Assembly: GCA_951406725.2 (NCBI GenBank)
Contig: OX597826.1
Location: forward strand, 83,886,001-83,950,000
Direction of reading: 5' to 3'
DNA: 64,000 nt
DNA from: Octopus vulgaris
Taxonomy: Eukaryota
The translations under genes were made by a program, and so were the position numbers. Of this stretch, positions 17,050 to 30,649 are shown piece after piece. A model generated the notes under the pieces. It did not search any database. It saw nothing but the letters and a program-made list of their open reading frames with translations, and had not been told where the DNA came from. The stretch's first letter is position 1; each line of letters opens with the position of its first letter.

Positions 17050-17340
17050 ACATGGCTTAGTGGTGATGGTGTTGCACTCATGGTTGCGAGATCGTAGGTT
17101 CAATTCTCAGACTGGGGGTTGTGTTGTGTTCTTGAGGCAAAGCACTTTATTTTGTGCTGCTCTGCAATCATTTCGTCATCTGACATGTGGCCCCCGTTGC
17201 ACCTGTACAGGTAATGTCGATCGGATGGAGGGAGTGAGCTTATGTCTACACAAACATTTGATCACATAAAACAAATCATTTGTGTGGTTGTTCGGCAAGA
17301 AATTGCCGAACCCTCATGTACTGCCTGACAACAGGAGTAT
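17050..17340 (+). mobile_element. tRNA-derived SINE (degenerate)
   Basis: A-box TGGCTTAGTGG, B-box GGTTCAATTC, CORE-like CTTGAGGCAAAGCACTT. Confidence 0.65.
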
Positions 17341-17361
17341 TCATTATAATATATATATATA

Positions 17362-20300
17362 TCATCACTATCATCATTTAACGTCCGTTTTCCATGCTAG
17401 CATGGGTTGGACGGTTTTGACTGAGGGCTGGCAACAAGATGGCTGCTCCAGTCTTGATCTGGCAGAGTTTCTACAGCTGGATGCCCTTCCTAATGCCAAC
17501 CACTCCGAGAGTGTAGTGGGTGCTTTTTACATGCCACCGGCATGGGCGCCAGTCAGGTGGTACTGGCAATGACCTCGCTCGAATCTTTTTACACGTGCCA
17601 CTGATACAGGTGCCAGTGAAGTGACGTTGGTAACGATCACACTTGAATGGTGCCCTTTTACGTGCCACGGGTAAGGAAGCCAGTTCTTGGCACCCTACTA
17701 GCACAGGCATAAGTGCCAGTAAGGCGACACTGGTAACGATCATGCTCGAATAGCCTCTCTGTCAACAATCACACTTGTATGGTGCTTTTTGCACCTCGCT
17801 AGCACAGATGCCAGTCATCGAAATTATTTTGATTTTGATTTGATCTTGATTTTGATTTCACTTGCCTCAACAGGTCTTTGCAAGCAGAGTTTTCTGACCA
17901 AAGAAGGAAAAGCTCCGCATAAGCGGGCTGGTTATGCTCCTGGCATAGGCCATGGGTTGTGGTTTCATCTGGCTTGCCGGGTCTTCTCGAGCACAGCATA
18001 TTTCCAAAGGTCTCAGTCGCTAATCATTTCCTTGGTGAGGCCTAATGTTCGAAGGTCTTCCTGGGTCTACCTCTTCTACAGGTCCCCTCGACGGTTAGGG
18101 TGTGACACTTTTTCACACAGCTATCCTCATCCATTCTCACCACATGACCATACCAACGCAGTCGTCTCTCTTGCACACCACATCTAATGCTTCTTAGGTC
18201 CAACTTTTCTCTCATGGTACTTACACTCTGTTGAGTATGCACACTGACATTACACATCCATCGGATCATACTGGCTTCATTCCTTGCAAGCTTACGCATG
18301 TCCTCAGCAGTCACAGCCCATGTTTCACTGCCATGTAGCATGGCCGTTTGTACGCATGCATCATACAGTCTACCTTTTACTCTGAGCGAGAGGCCCTTTG
18401 TCACCAGCAGAGGCAAGAGCTCTCTAAACTTTGCCCAAGCTATTCTTATTCTAGCAGCTACACTTTCAGTGCACCCTCCTCCGCTACTGATTTAGTCACC
18501 TAGATAACGGAAGCTATCAACTACTTCTAGTTTTTCTCCCTGGAATGTGGCGGAAGTGGGTCTCTGAGCATTTTCAGTGTTTATCGCTCCCGAGCATCTG
18601 CCACATACAAAAACTATCTTCCTAGTTAGCCTTCCTTTGATATTACTGCACCTCTTATGTGTACACTGGGTACATCTTATAGAGTTTCTACCTACACCTC
18701 TACTACAGATCGAGCAGGGCCATCAACCTGAAGGGATTTGTGGTTTGGCTGCCTTCCTACTTCTTAGGACTTTGGTTTTAGCTAGGTTGATTCTAATCCT
18801 TGTTTCCACACTTGAAACTTCTCCTCTAGTTCTGATAGTGACTCAGCAATAAGAGCAAGGTCATCAGCATAGAGGAGCTCCCAGGTGCATCCTGTCTTGA
18901 ATTCCTCTGTTATTGCCTGGAGAACTATGATAAATAGGAGGGGCTGAGGACTGAACCTTGGTGGACACCTACCTCTACCTAGAATTCTTCACTGTACTTG
19001 TTGCCAACCCTCACCTTACTGATGGCATCCCTGTACATGGCTCGCACAGCTCTCACTAACCATTCATCTATCCCTAGTTTCCTCATTGACCACCAGATAA
19101 GGGATCAGGGGACCCTGTCAAAGGCTTTCTCCATGTCAACGAAAGCCAGGTACAGAGGTTTATCTTCGGTATTTCTCCTGCAGCTGTCTTACCAGAAATA
19201 TAGCATCAGTGGTGCTTTTCCTTGGCACAAACACAAACTGCATCTCATCTAAACTGACTCTCTCTCTAATTAGTTGGGCTATGACCCTCTGCGTGACCGT
19301 CATTACCTGATCCAACAACTTGATACCTCTGTAATTATTTATATCTAAAGCATCACCTTCACCTTTGTAGCAGTTGACTATGGTGCTGGTACTCTAGTCA
19401 TTGGATATGACTCCTTCTTGTATCACCTGGTTAACTTTATGGGTGACTAGGGTATAGCCAACACTGCCAGATATTTTGAGCATCTCTGCAGTGATTCCTG
19501 ATGAGCCTGGGGCTTTCCCTGCCTTCATACTCTTGATTGCTTTATCTACCAAGGTACTGTCAACACGGATAGCTGGTCTCTCTGTTGGGTTGACATTCAG
19601 CAGACTCTCTTTATCCCATTCATTTTCCTTATTTAGCAGCCTCTCATAATGGTGTCTCCAAACCTCTCTCTTTGCATCCTCATTTAGTGCAAGTGAACCA
19701 TCATCCATGCGAACACATTTCTCTCCTACCACATCACGATTCTCTCTCACACACTGTCTTGCAACACGAAATACCTCAAGTCTTTTATCCTCACGGTGCA
19801 GAACACTGGCAAAGTTTTTCTTATCTGCTTCCCCTCTGGCTAAATACACCTGCCTCCTAGCTTCCCTTCTGGCAGTCTGATACACTTCCCTGCTACCACC
19901 GTTCTTCCAGTCCTTCCAAGCCTGTTTCTTTTGTCTAATAGCCCTGTCAACAATATCGTTCCACCACCACGTTATTTTGGGTCTTTAGGGGACTTTGCAC
20001 TAACCACAGATCTGGTCAGTGGCTCTCAGCAGGGTGTCCCTTAGAAACCTCCAGTTGTCTTCTACCCCATGTGAAGCTATATCCCCTTCTATTTCGTCAA
20101 AGGCTTCAAGTAATAGTGTCTAAATCTCTGTCCATTCGCAGGATCTTTAAGACCCTTCTTCTCCACGTTGGTCGTCTTCTGGTCGTCCTCTTAGTCCTGA
20201 TCCTAAAGTCACTAACTACCAGTCTGTGTTGTGGAGTACATTCTTCGCCTGGGAAGGTTTTGGCATTTATAAGCAGCCATCTTTCCCTTTTTCTGGCAAG

Positions 20301-20880
20301 GATGTAGTCAATTTGGCTAGTATGTCGGCCTGATCAGTAGGTGACTAGGTGGCTGGTAGGTTTCCTGAAGTTAGTGTTGCAAACCATAAGATCATTTGCA
20401 TCGCAGAACTCCAGCAGCCTGGTCCCCTCCTCATTGTGGGAACCATAATCGTAGCCTCCATGTACGCCATGGATGCCCTCAGCATGTTATCCAACATGCC
20501 CATTGAAGTCACCAGCCACAAAGAGAAGGTCCCTGTCGTTCGTCAACGAGATAGTCTGCAGTAGGGTGTCATAGAATCAGTCTTTCTGTCCATCGGTAGC
20601 CCTGGCTGTGGTGCATAGGCCGATATAATGGTTGCTAATCCATGATGAAGCACTAATCTAATTTTAAGTATTCTGTCGCATACTCTGACTATCTCAATTA
20701 CCTTATCTACCCATTTTTCAGCGAGAAGTATACCCACGCCCCCGACCCCGTCAGTGTTCCCAGAAAATCTTGTACCTGTGTTCTTTGCCTGTGAGGAACC
20801 TAGCAGAACCTCCTCTCCACCTCACTTCTTGGATGCAACACATATTGACACATCTCCGTTCAAGCATCTCAACAATCTCA
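17362..20880 (-). mobile_element. Degenerate RTE-clade LINE (APE, RT with internal PHD-like finger, structured 3' UTR, (GAT)n tail)
   Basis: Motifs CIQEVRWRG, ISAYAPQ, GDFNGHVG, GVHQGSVLS, LLYADDLAL, FRYLG, RRLRWYGHV, RGRPRKT. Many stops and frameshifts. Short TA tracts at both ends. Confidence 0.92.
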
Positions 20881-21149
20881 TATATATATATGGGAATAGT
20901 ACAATGGCAAGGAAACTGTGAAGACTCAGTGGACATCTGAGAGATTAATGGTTCTTACCGTAAGCAGTGAATACATCACCACATCAACAAACGTTTTTCT
21001 ATTTGGTTAGCATGCTGTGAGGAATTTTTAACTTCACATCAATGGGAAAAGTTATTTCTACAAAAATATTTTTTTGGCAAAAAAGGAACATCATTTGTGG
21101 ACCTTTGCAGCTCCCTGTAGACTGATGGAGTTGAGCTTCTATTTTAACT

Positions 21150-21305
21150 TCATCATCATCATCATCATCCATCGTTGAACGTCTGCTTTCCATGCTGGTA
21201 TGGGTTGGACGGTTTGACTGAGGACTGGTGAGCCAGAAGGCTGCACCAGGCTCCAATCCAATCTGGCAAGGTTTCTACAGCTGGATGCCCTTCCTAACGC
21301 TAACT
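21150..21305 (-). mobile_element. RTE 3' terminal fragment
   Basis: Matches the RTE tail (GTTAGGAAGGGCATCCAGC...(GAT)n). Confidence 0.85.
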
Positions 21306-21519
21306 TGTATAGAGAAATTGTGGGCAAGGGTCAGAATTCCAAATGGTTGAGACGAATGATTTGGAAAAGTAATAAGGATATGAGGTGGATAAAAGGATGC
21401 ATTGAATGAATCAGGAAAGAAGATGTGAGCGGTTTATTAATCCAGGGAAGATGCTTTGGCATGAAAAACTGTATCTCTGAATCAATGGTTGCAGAGCTGT
21501 GTGGGTTTTTGTTAATCAA

Positions 21520-22732
21520 CTCTCTCTCTCTATCTGCTCAGTCGAAGTCGACTCTCGGTCACTCATTGGATCAATGTCCTCCAGTCAGTTCTATCCTGGG
21601 CCACTTCGTTCAGATTGGCTATGTCCATTCCGGTATCCCTCTTGATGGTGTCAAGCAAGCGGGTTCTTGGTCGGCCTCTTCCTCTCTTGCCACTGACCAT
21701 TCCAAGCATGACGTCCTTCTCCAGGGATTTTCTCCGCATAATATGACCGAAATATGCCAATCTATGCTTGGTGATCCTAGCTTCTAGCGACATTTTCAGC
21801 CTCATCTGCTTAAGAACTTCTCCATTGGTGAGCCTTGCTGTCCATGGAATCTGTAAAAGTCTTCTCCAACACCAAAGCTCGAATGCATTAATTCTCTTCT
21901 GCTCAGCTTTCTTTAGTGTCCAGGTCTCACATCCATATGTTGCTATTGGGAAGACAACTGCATTTACCAATCTGCATTTGGTAGCGAGTCTGATGTCTCT
22001 ACTCTTCCAGACCCTGCTCAAGCTGACCATTGCCTCTCTGCCGAGTACTATCCGCCGTCTTATTTCTGGAGTGCAGTTACCATCTCGATTTATTTTGGAG
22101 CCAAGGAAGATGAAACCATCAACCACTTCGATCTCTTCATTATCGATCTTGATGCTGATGTTTGTTGTGGATGCTGTTGACATGATCTTCATTTTCTTAA
22201 CATTGAAGTACAGCCCAAATTTCTCACTCTCTTTCTTGACCAGCAGGACAAGATCCTCCAGATCCTTACCACTCTCCACCAGCAGGGTTGTATTGTCTGC
22301 ATAGCGAAGGTTATAAATATTTCTTCCTCCAATCTTCACTCCAATGCTGCTATCCTCCAGGCCTGCATTCCTCATGACCTTTTCAGCATACATGTTGAAG
22401 GCTGCTGGTAACAGGATGCAACCTTGCCGAGTGCCTTTTCCAATCTCAACCCAATCAGTGTCGCCATATGGTGTCCGTACTGTAGCCTCTTGGTTTTGAT
22501 AGAGTGATCTAATAAGCTGGACAAGGTGTAAAGGTGTTCCCATTTCCTCCAGACATTTCCATAACTTGTCATGATCAATGCTGTCAAAGGCTTTGGAGTA
22601 ATCGATGAAACACATATACAGCTTCTTTTGGTATTCTCTTGCCTTTTCCATAATCCACCATAGGTTGGCGATGTGATCGTGGGTGCCTCTTCCCTTTCTG
22701 AAACCAGCTTGCACCTCTGGCAATTCTCTCAA
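21520..22732 (-). mobile_element. 5'-truncated RTE-BovB-like LINE (RT and C-terminus)
   Basis: 389-aa ORF with QAGFRKGRGT, FIDYSKAFD, RQGC, LRYADN (catalytic D to N), YGCETW, INAFELWCWRRLL. BovB-type 3' hairpin AGTCGACTTCGACT and a (GA)n tail. Confidence 0.9.
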
Positions 22733-23766
22733 TAGTTGTGTTAATCAACTACTTGTAAATAATGTTTATAGATGAAAGTCAAAGTGTGTATTTATGCAAA
22801 ACGTGAGAACAATATCCTGATGAGGGCCACATATAATGTTTTTGTTGTTTTTACTTAAGGACCAACAATAGATCAATGCTGATGTATTTTTTTAGTATTG
22901 AAGAGAAAGTTTCATTTTTGAATTTCAGATCTGGCAATGTTTAAATCCTGCAAGGGATAACCATTGCACAGATTTCATATCCATCCAACAACTCTACTCA
23001 GAAACCAGAATGCACCGTGTTGCTTGGATGATTCAGGAGTGCTAGCTCAGACTGCTTTGGCCATGTTGCTTATGCATGCAGCTCCTCAACTAACCAGGTT
23101 TTCAGTCAAACCATCCAACTCATGCCAGCATGGAAAACAGATATTAAATGATGATGGTAATGATGTGACTCTGCTTATCATGTGCTCTTCATTGAGGATC
23201 CAGATGGGCTGACAGTTTGTGTTGGTCAACCACAAGCCACAGAGTCACAGTAGATGACAAGGTACTTTGTGGAGATGACTGACTGAGATTCTGCTCAACA
23301 GTGTAGACCCATGAAGACCCTGGAGTATACTAACAAATGGTAAACGCAGCAATACACTGCAATATCACATGCTCCCTCACCTTATTTGATTCCCCAAAGA
23401 AAGACTTGGTCTCAAACACTGGCAATTTCTATCAATTACACGCCAACTTAAGAAACTTCATGCTTTACCTAGAAATACTAGATTTGCTGGTACAGGCCAC
23501 CATTAGTGTCGCAGGAGTCTATTTCTATATTTACATATGAAATTTCACCGTGACAGATTATCCGAGATAACAACATGAAGGGTTTCTTATGGCTCTTTGA
23601 AAGTTTTAATTACGTGCTCACACATCAGGAGGGTGCAGAGCAAGACTGTTGACCTGATAGATATAGAAATTGTATTTATGTGTTACTGAAGTATAAACTA
23701 GTCTGGTTGTCAAGTTCTGTTTTTAATGTGTCCCTTCATAATTGGTGTGAGGTGACAAGGTTCCAT

Positions 23767-25322
23767 GTTAGTTAGTTAGTTAGTTAGTTAATTTGGCTCA
23801 AAAGCAAATAGCAAGGCCATGTAGGGGGACATGGAGTTAAGTACAGGGTGGTGTTCATGTAAAGAGTTCAGGCCACTTGAGGTCCAGGGAGGCTTTGAAC
23901 AAAGCGGTCGTCGGCATCTTCACCATCTCGTCTGGCAGCTTGTTCCACGGATCCGCAACCCGGACGGAGAAAGCTCCTCTCCTTCGATTGAGATGAAATC
24001 GTCGCAGGTAGAGCTTTTCGGAATGACCCCGCAGCCGACGCTCCGGAGCAGGAGTGAAGAACAGCTCTTTCGAGAGGTTACACTTCCCGCTTATGATGTT
24101 GTGGGCGAGAATGAGATCACCACGGCGGCAGCGTTTTTCAAGAGAATAAAGGTCGAGCGTCCTCAGCCTTTCTTCGTAGGACAAATTTTTGAGACCATGA
24201 ACCATGCGGGTAGCCAGCCTCTGGACTCTTTCGAGATGCTGTATGTCTTTGAGGAGATAAGGAGAAGAGGCTTGAATCCCATACTCCAATATGGGTCTCA
24301 CCAGCATGACATAGAGTGGTAGGAATATGGCTGCTGTGAGCATTCCGAATGACCGTCGAATCAAAAACAGAATTCCGCGCGCTTTGTTGGCAGCATGGAC
24401 GCACTGGGCCGAAGGCGAAAAGGAGGAATCCACCAAGATACCCAGGTCCTTTACCTGATCGGTCCTCTCCAGCAGCAGACGACCCGGCTCGAAATCAAGT
24501 TGAGTTGCAGGAGTAGAGCCGACAGGCAGATGACAGCACTTTGACACGTTCAGACACAGGTCCCAATCGTTAGACCACTTCCAAATTTGGTGGAGGCATC
24601 AACGAAGATTCTCTATACTACCGCGAGGAGCGACCAGTTTGATATCGTCGGCAAATAGAAGGGTGTGTTGCGTGAGGTCGTCGGGCAAGTCATTTATGAA
24701 GACTAAGAACAACAAGGGCCCAAGCACTGAACCTTGAGGCACGCCACTGCTCGCACTGGAGACATCGGACCGCGAACCATTAACTTGAACTTGGAAGGAG
24801 CGATCTGAGAGGAAGGCACCAACCCATCGTACAATATCCGGATGGAAACTATATGCTTGAAGCTTGACAAGTAGTAGGCGGTGGTTTACCGAGTCAAAAG
24901 CTTTGGCAAAGTCCAATAAAACGATGTCAACAGCATCACTATCATCGAGGATGCGCGTCACCAATTCTTCCATTACTAGTAAGTTGGTCAAGCATGATCT
25001 CTTCGGCACGAAGCCGTGTTGGGAATCAGTGATCGAGGCTGTGTTTAGGAGGTGGAGCATCATACTTTTCTTAAGGATGGTTTCGAACATCTTGCTGATT
25101 ATTGATGTAAGGGAAACCGGACGGTAGTTAAGCGGGTCTTCGCGGCTCCCTTTCTTGAAAATTGGGCAGATTATTGCTGTTCTCCAGTCTGCAGGTATAA
25201 CACCCGTCGCCAATGACATATTGAATAGTCGTGTTAAGGGCTCGCAGATGACCGGAGCCAACGCTTTGATAACCCGTGGGTGTATGCCGTCAGGGCCGTG
25301 ACCCTTGTTGACATCGAGGCCA
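23767..25322 (-). mobile_element. 5'-truncated CR1-group LINE (copy E, third family)
   Basis: RT motifs NYRPVSLTS, LLDFAKAFD, GVPQGSVLGP, FADD; in-frame stop at ~24599; C-terminus LERVQRLATRM; (CTAA)n tail at 23767-23790. Confidence 0.92.
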
Positions 25323-26944
25323 TGTTGTTGCTAAGCCACCAGGTTAAGCCTAATTGAGCAAACATACAATCCAAGGTGTAACCATACCATTTTTTGTTGG
25401 GTATCTGGCACTATGTTATATACTATGTCTTGCCCTTTTGTAAAATAATAGGCTTGAGGGGGATTTGACTGCTAATTCTAGCAAGTCTACTGTCTGCATA
25501 GAGGCTTTCTCATGGAACCACTGTGTGCAGAAGGCTAAAGGTAGAAAGTGTTAAATGAAAAGAAAGAAGGAAATAGGTGAAATAACTGAACCAGGTGAGG
25601 GAGAATAAAATACAGGTGAGGGAGAACTCCCATACAATGAATTACAATTGAATGGGCAGTTGACAAATTTCCAATTCAAAAGAAAAAACTTCAGATGGAT
25701 CCCATAAGCAAGCAACTGGATGGGGAGATTTTTGTACCAGAAAATGATTAAAGGTTTCACTGATGTTAAAAGCAACAACAATATTTTCACCAATGTTTTT
25801 AAAAGAAGGGACAACTGCAGTAGAGTATAAGGGAGTAAGTCTCTGACAGATTTGTCTTAATGGAAATAGTTCTAGTGAGAAGTGAGAATGGAAAAAAAAA
25901 AAAAAAAAAGGTGTCAAAGTGAAACTTGTTCAAAACGTTTTTCATCAATTTGAGATGCTGGAAGTGATGATAATAATGAAAAAGTGGCCACCTTTGGTGA
26001 AATGGATTTCTTGCAGGGATGTGACACACAATCAAGTATTTTAATAGATTATGATATATTCTGTAAGGGGCAGACAGATTAACGAATTTCATGAAAGCAT
26101 AGCATGGCTCTTAAGTCCATTATTTGAGGGCAATGGGAGTATGTCAGTTTGGCCACCTTTTGGATTGAAATGATCTGAGTAGCTTTTATATTTGGCCAGT
26201 GTGTGTACATGATGGGGAGACATGTAGAGTTGTGTTTGTGTTTGTATGTGTGTGTGTGTGTGTTTGTATGTGTGTGTGTGTGCACGTATGTATGTGTGCG
26301 TATGCATGTGGGTGTGTGGGTGTATGTGTGCAGTATAAGCTTGAAAGTAAAACAGGCCGAATGAAGACCAGTGTTTGTGTCTCAAAGAAATATATTTCTC
26401 ATATGTCTAACACTATGGGAATCAAAGTTGGCAAATGGCATTCTGGATCCTTAAAATCTGGGAAAGATTCTCTTTCTGAGCAAACTCAGTTAGACAAATG
26501 ACCAAATCTAACGATAAAACAAAAAATATAAATATTAAAACAATGAAAAAAAAAGAGTTTCAAAATAAAAAGAAACAAAGAACTGATTTGGATTGGAACA
26601 ATTTCAGCATTTTATTTCTGCAGAAAGGAAAACATTGATTAAAAGAAGACAGTGAAGAGAGGAATTGTCTTCTTAAAAATGCTCCAAGCTATTAAGACAG
26701 GCAACAGAATTGGTGAAAAATAGGATAGAAATAACTTGAAGAGAAGGAGATGGAATAGAATTACAGAAAATAGTAATTTGTTTCTTTTTCTTTTTTTTTT
26801 CTTCATTTGTTTCTAATTCTTTAAATTATAGGTTCCAACCAATTCTTTCAATGTCACTCAGTCCTGGAGCTCGATTAAGTCTGTTATAACCCTCCTCTGG
26901 AATGTACGATTTTGTAGCTATGTTATAAGAACCATTATAAGAAC

Positions 26945-26945
26945 C

Positions 26946-26987
<42 letters not shown>

Positions 26988-27071
26988 GTAATAATAATAA
27001 TAATGATGATAATAATTATCATCATCATCATCATCATTATCATTATTATTATTATTATCATTATTATTATT
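26945..27071. repeat. (AAT)n/(ATC)n/(ATT)n trinucleotide array
   Basis: Directly visible. Confidence 0.9.
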
Positions 27072-27885
27072 TGAGGGAACCTGTGGAAGAGGTAGACCCA
27101 GGAAGACCTGGGATGAAGTGGTGAAGCACGACCTTCGAACTTTAGGCCTCACCAAGGAAATGACTTGTGACTGAGACTTTTGGAAATATGCTGTGCGTGA
27201 GAAGACCCGGCAAGCCAAATGAGACCATAATCTCATGGCCTATGCCAGGGGCAAAACCAGCCCACTTATACATATATTTTCCTTCTTTGGACACTAAAAC
27301 TCTGCTTGCAAAGACCTGTTGAGGCAAGTGAAATCAAAATCAAATTCGATGACTGGCGTCTGTGCTAGCAGGGTGCAAAGAGCACCATACGAGTGTGATC
27401 ATTGACAGAGCGGCCAACCGGCTTTCATGCCAGTGGCACCTAAAAGGCACCATTCGAGTGTGATCGTTACCAGCATCGCCTTACTGGCACTTGAGCCCTG
27501 TGCTAGTAGGGTGTTAAGAGCACCATCCAAGCGTGATCATTGCCAGAGCGGCTATCTGGCCTCCATGCCGGTGGCATGTAAAAGACACCATCTGAGCCTG
27601 ACCGTTACCAGCATTGCCTTACTGGCACCTGTGCCGTTGGCATGTGTAAAAGATTCGAGCGAGGTCGTTGCCAGTACTGCCTGACTGACCCCATGTCGGT
27701 GGCACGTAAAAGCACCCACTACATTCTCGGAGTGGTTGGCGTTAGAAGGGCATCCAGCTGTAGAAACTCTGCTAGATCAAGATTGAAGCCTGGTGCAGCC
27801 ATCTGGTTCGCCAGCCCTCAGTCAAAATCGTCCAACCCATGCTAGCATGGAAAGCAGACATTAAACGAAGACGATGATGATGATT
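27072..27885 (+). mobile_element. RTE 3' fragment (end of ORF plus 3' UTR)
   Basis: Encodes EGTCGRGRPRKTW; homologous to 17362-18090; tandem hairpin units; (GAT)n tail. Confidence 0.9.
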
Positions 27886-28754
27886 ATTATTATTATTATT
27901 ATTATTATCTAACAGATCTGAATCGTCAGGCGACATTGCATGCTTGAGTCAAGTAAATCAAAATCATATCAAAATCACAAACAAATGGAAATTGAAGTTG
28001 TGGCCATCCCAAGTGCTGGTGGCATGTAAAAAGCACCATCTGAACATGGCCAATGCCAGTGCTGCCAGACTGGCTCCCGTGCCAGTGGTACATACCAACC
28101 ACTTTTTCCCTGCCCATACCATTGGCATTTGTGAGGTCACCAAGTAACTTCCAAGACATGAACAGCAAAAGGGAAAAAGGAAAGAAAGAAAGCTGCCATG
28201 ACTAAGATGTGCAAATAATTAGGGGGAAAGGTTATGCCAGGTGTTGAGAAGCCAAAGTATGCTGGCAGGACAGACACAGGTGTGTTGCTATGAAGGAGAT
28301 ACATGGCTACCCTACATAATGATGGTGGTGAGGTGACAGGACATCTCAAGATACAGGATGAATGGGTGGGAGGGGAGAGAAGAGGGATAGTGTCATAAGA
28401 GAGGGGAGGGAGAGTAATAGACATCTAGGGATGAAGGAGTAGAGGTGAATGTAGAGAGCGATGAACGAGGGTGCGGAGTGTGGTTGATGGGAAATACCAG
28501 TATGGAGGGAGGGTAAGGTGAGGGAGATAGAAATGGGTCTGGGAGGAGAATGGGTCAGAAAGTAAGAGGATGATGCACAAGGTGTAGTGGTGGTGGGGAG
28601 GGAGATGTAGATGTCTACAAGAGTGGCTATGGTAGGGGCTGGGGGTAGGGTAGGAGTGGGGCTTGATCACTGAGGGCTCACTAAAAGTCCTGTCCATGTC
28701 CTGAATTTGAATTCTGCAAATGTAAATTTTACCTTTTATTCTCCCAGAGTCAAT

Positions 28755-28971
28755 GAAAGCAGCAAGCTGGCAGAATCGTTAGCATGCCGGGCAAAATGCA
28801 TAGAGACATTTCGTTTGTCTTTATGCTCTGAGTTCAAATTCCGCCAGGGTCGACTTTGCCTTTCATCCTTTTGGGGTTGATAAATTAAGAACCAGTGAAA
28901 CACTGGGGTCGATTGAGTATTCCCCTCCCCACAAATTTCAGGCTTTGTGCCTTCAGTAGAAAGGATTCTTT
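28755..28971 (+). mobile_element. tRNA-derived SINE nested in an older copy of the same family
   Basis: AGCTGGCAGAATCGTTAGC head, GAGTTCAAATTCC B-box, apparent TSD CAGAGTCAAT at 28745-28754 and 28972-28981. Confidence 0.85.
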
Positions 28972-30649
28972 CAGAGTCAATAAAATAAGGATTTCACAGA
29001 CTGAGGCTGGGAGGGGAGAAGAATCTCAGTCATAGTGGCACTTCACTTCTCCCTTTCACATTTAGAATGTTGCGTTAAAGTTAGAAATCAATATTGTTGG
29101 AAGCTTCAGTAGACACACAAATAGACAGACTATATGACAGTTTGTATGTATGTGTATATATATATATAGACTAACAATACACACATATATACATGCACAT
29201 ACATAGATACATATAAAACCTCTCTCTCTCTCTCTAAAACGTCTTAGATACTTAAATGTTTAAAAACCTTTACTTTGCAGAAAAGATTATTTCAGTAGGA
29301 TTCCCTTCAAAGATAAATCAAAAACACCAAACAAGTAATGCTGAATTTCCCATTTGGTTTTTTCTATGTTGTTGAAATTCAAATATTCGGTTTCTTTCTT
29401 TTGCAGATTCTGTATTTTACTCCTGAAACTTAAACTAATCTAATTAATGTGTTTCATTTTTAGCTAATAAGTTCATAATCTGGTTTTAGTCAATGTTATT
29501 TACCCCCAGGTTAGACCTGATCCATCAGATTTATGGTCAAAGATATTCCAGCTACGATTATAAAGTATTAAAAGCTACACTTTCCAATGTATCCTTCTTT
29601 ATTCAAGATGGTAGGTACAATGTATCTTGAAGATTTTGCTGCCATTTTTAGCAATAGAGGTGGCTCTTTCATTGGCTCAAGACTCTTTTGGTTTTTTTGC
29701 ACTGGAAAATCCATTTTCTAGGAAAATAAAAAGAAAGTCCAGGAATTGAACTCATCACCCTACAATAATGAGTTCAACAACCAATCCACCACTGGGTCAC
29801 ATATCTTTGTTCTTGCCTTAAACTTGTTCATTATGGTTTATCCCATTATCTCAAAAATGATCTGCATCTTTGACTTGTTAAATTTCTTCTAACCAGTTTT
29901 TAAAATTTTCCCGATTATTATTTTTTTCATTTATGTAGTTTTTATGAAGTTTTTCATGCTGATGACAAAAATTGCATTCACTTTTCTGGGAATTAATAAT
30001 AAAGAAGGTACAAGTATTTATATTTATGTAATTTTAGCCAATTAGCAGTTTCCAATCTGATAAAGATGTGAAATATTTCAAGTGGTGGGAAGAAATTTTA
30101 CAAGATCTTCATCTTCTCTTCCAGATCAACCTCCACACAACCCTCTACACTTACCTCCTCATCCACTTATGATCCAAACCAAATGAATTATTCACTGTCT
30201 TCATTTCTGCTGGCCAACACTTAATCATGAAGCACTTTAACCAAAAACATCAGTTATTTTCCATTCTTCATGGCAACCAAACTTTCTGACATTTAACAAA
30301 ATCACTCAGAGAAGCAGAGTCAGTACTTGTGACTCTTTATTCTTTACCAATCCTTCAAGATTGGTGAGAGGAAGAGAGGAAATTATCTTGAAAGTGAGAC
30401 CTGACTTGAATGCTTGCAACAGAATGAACTCTGCTAACGGTACCCAACGACCAGATGGAGGTATTAATCTGGGTTATAGATTTAGTCTAGATACAAAGAG
30501 CAGGGATTTATACCACAAGGCATCTCATTGGATGCTCTACCAATTTTGTGAATTCACAACCTTTGATTGATATTTTATCAACCCTAAAAAGATGAACAGT
30601 AAAACTGGCCTGAACAGGATTTGAAGCCTGGATAGGGAGAACTGGAACA

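Noticed and set aside
28755-28860. tRNA-like A/B boxes here and in other SINE heads
   Set aside because: No intact cloverleaf; each continues into a SINE body.
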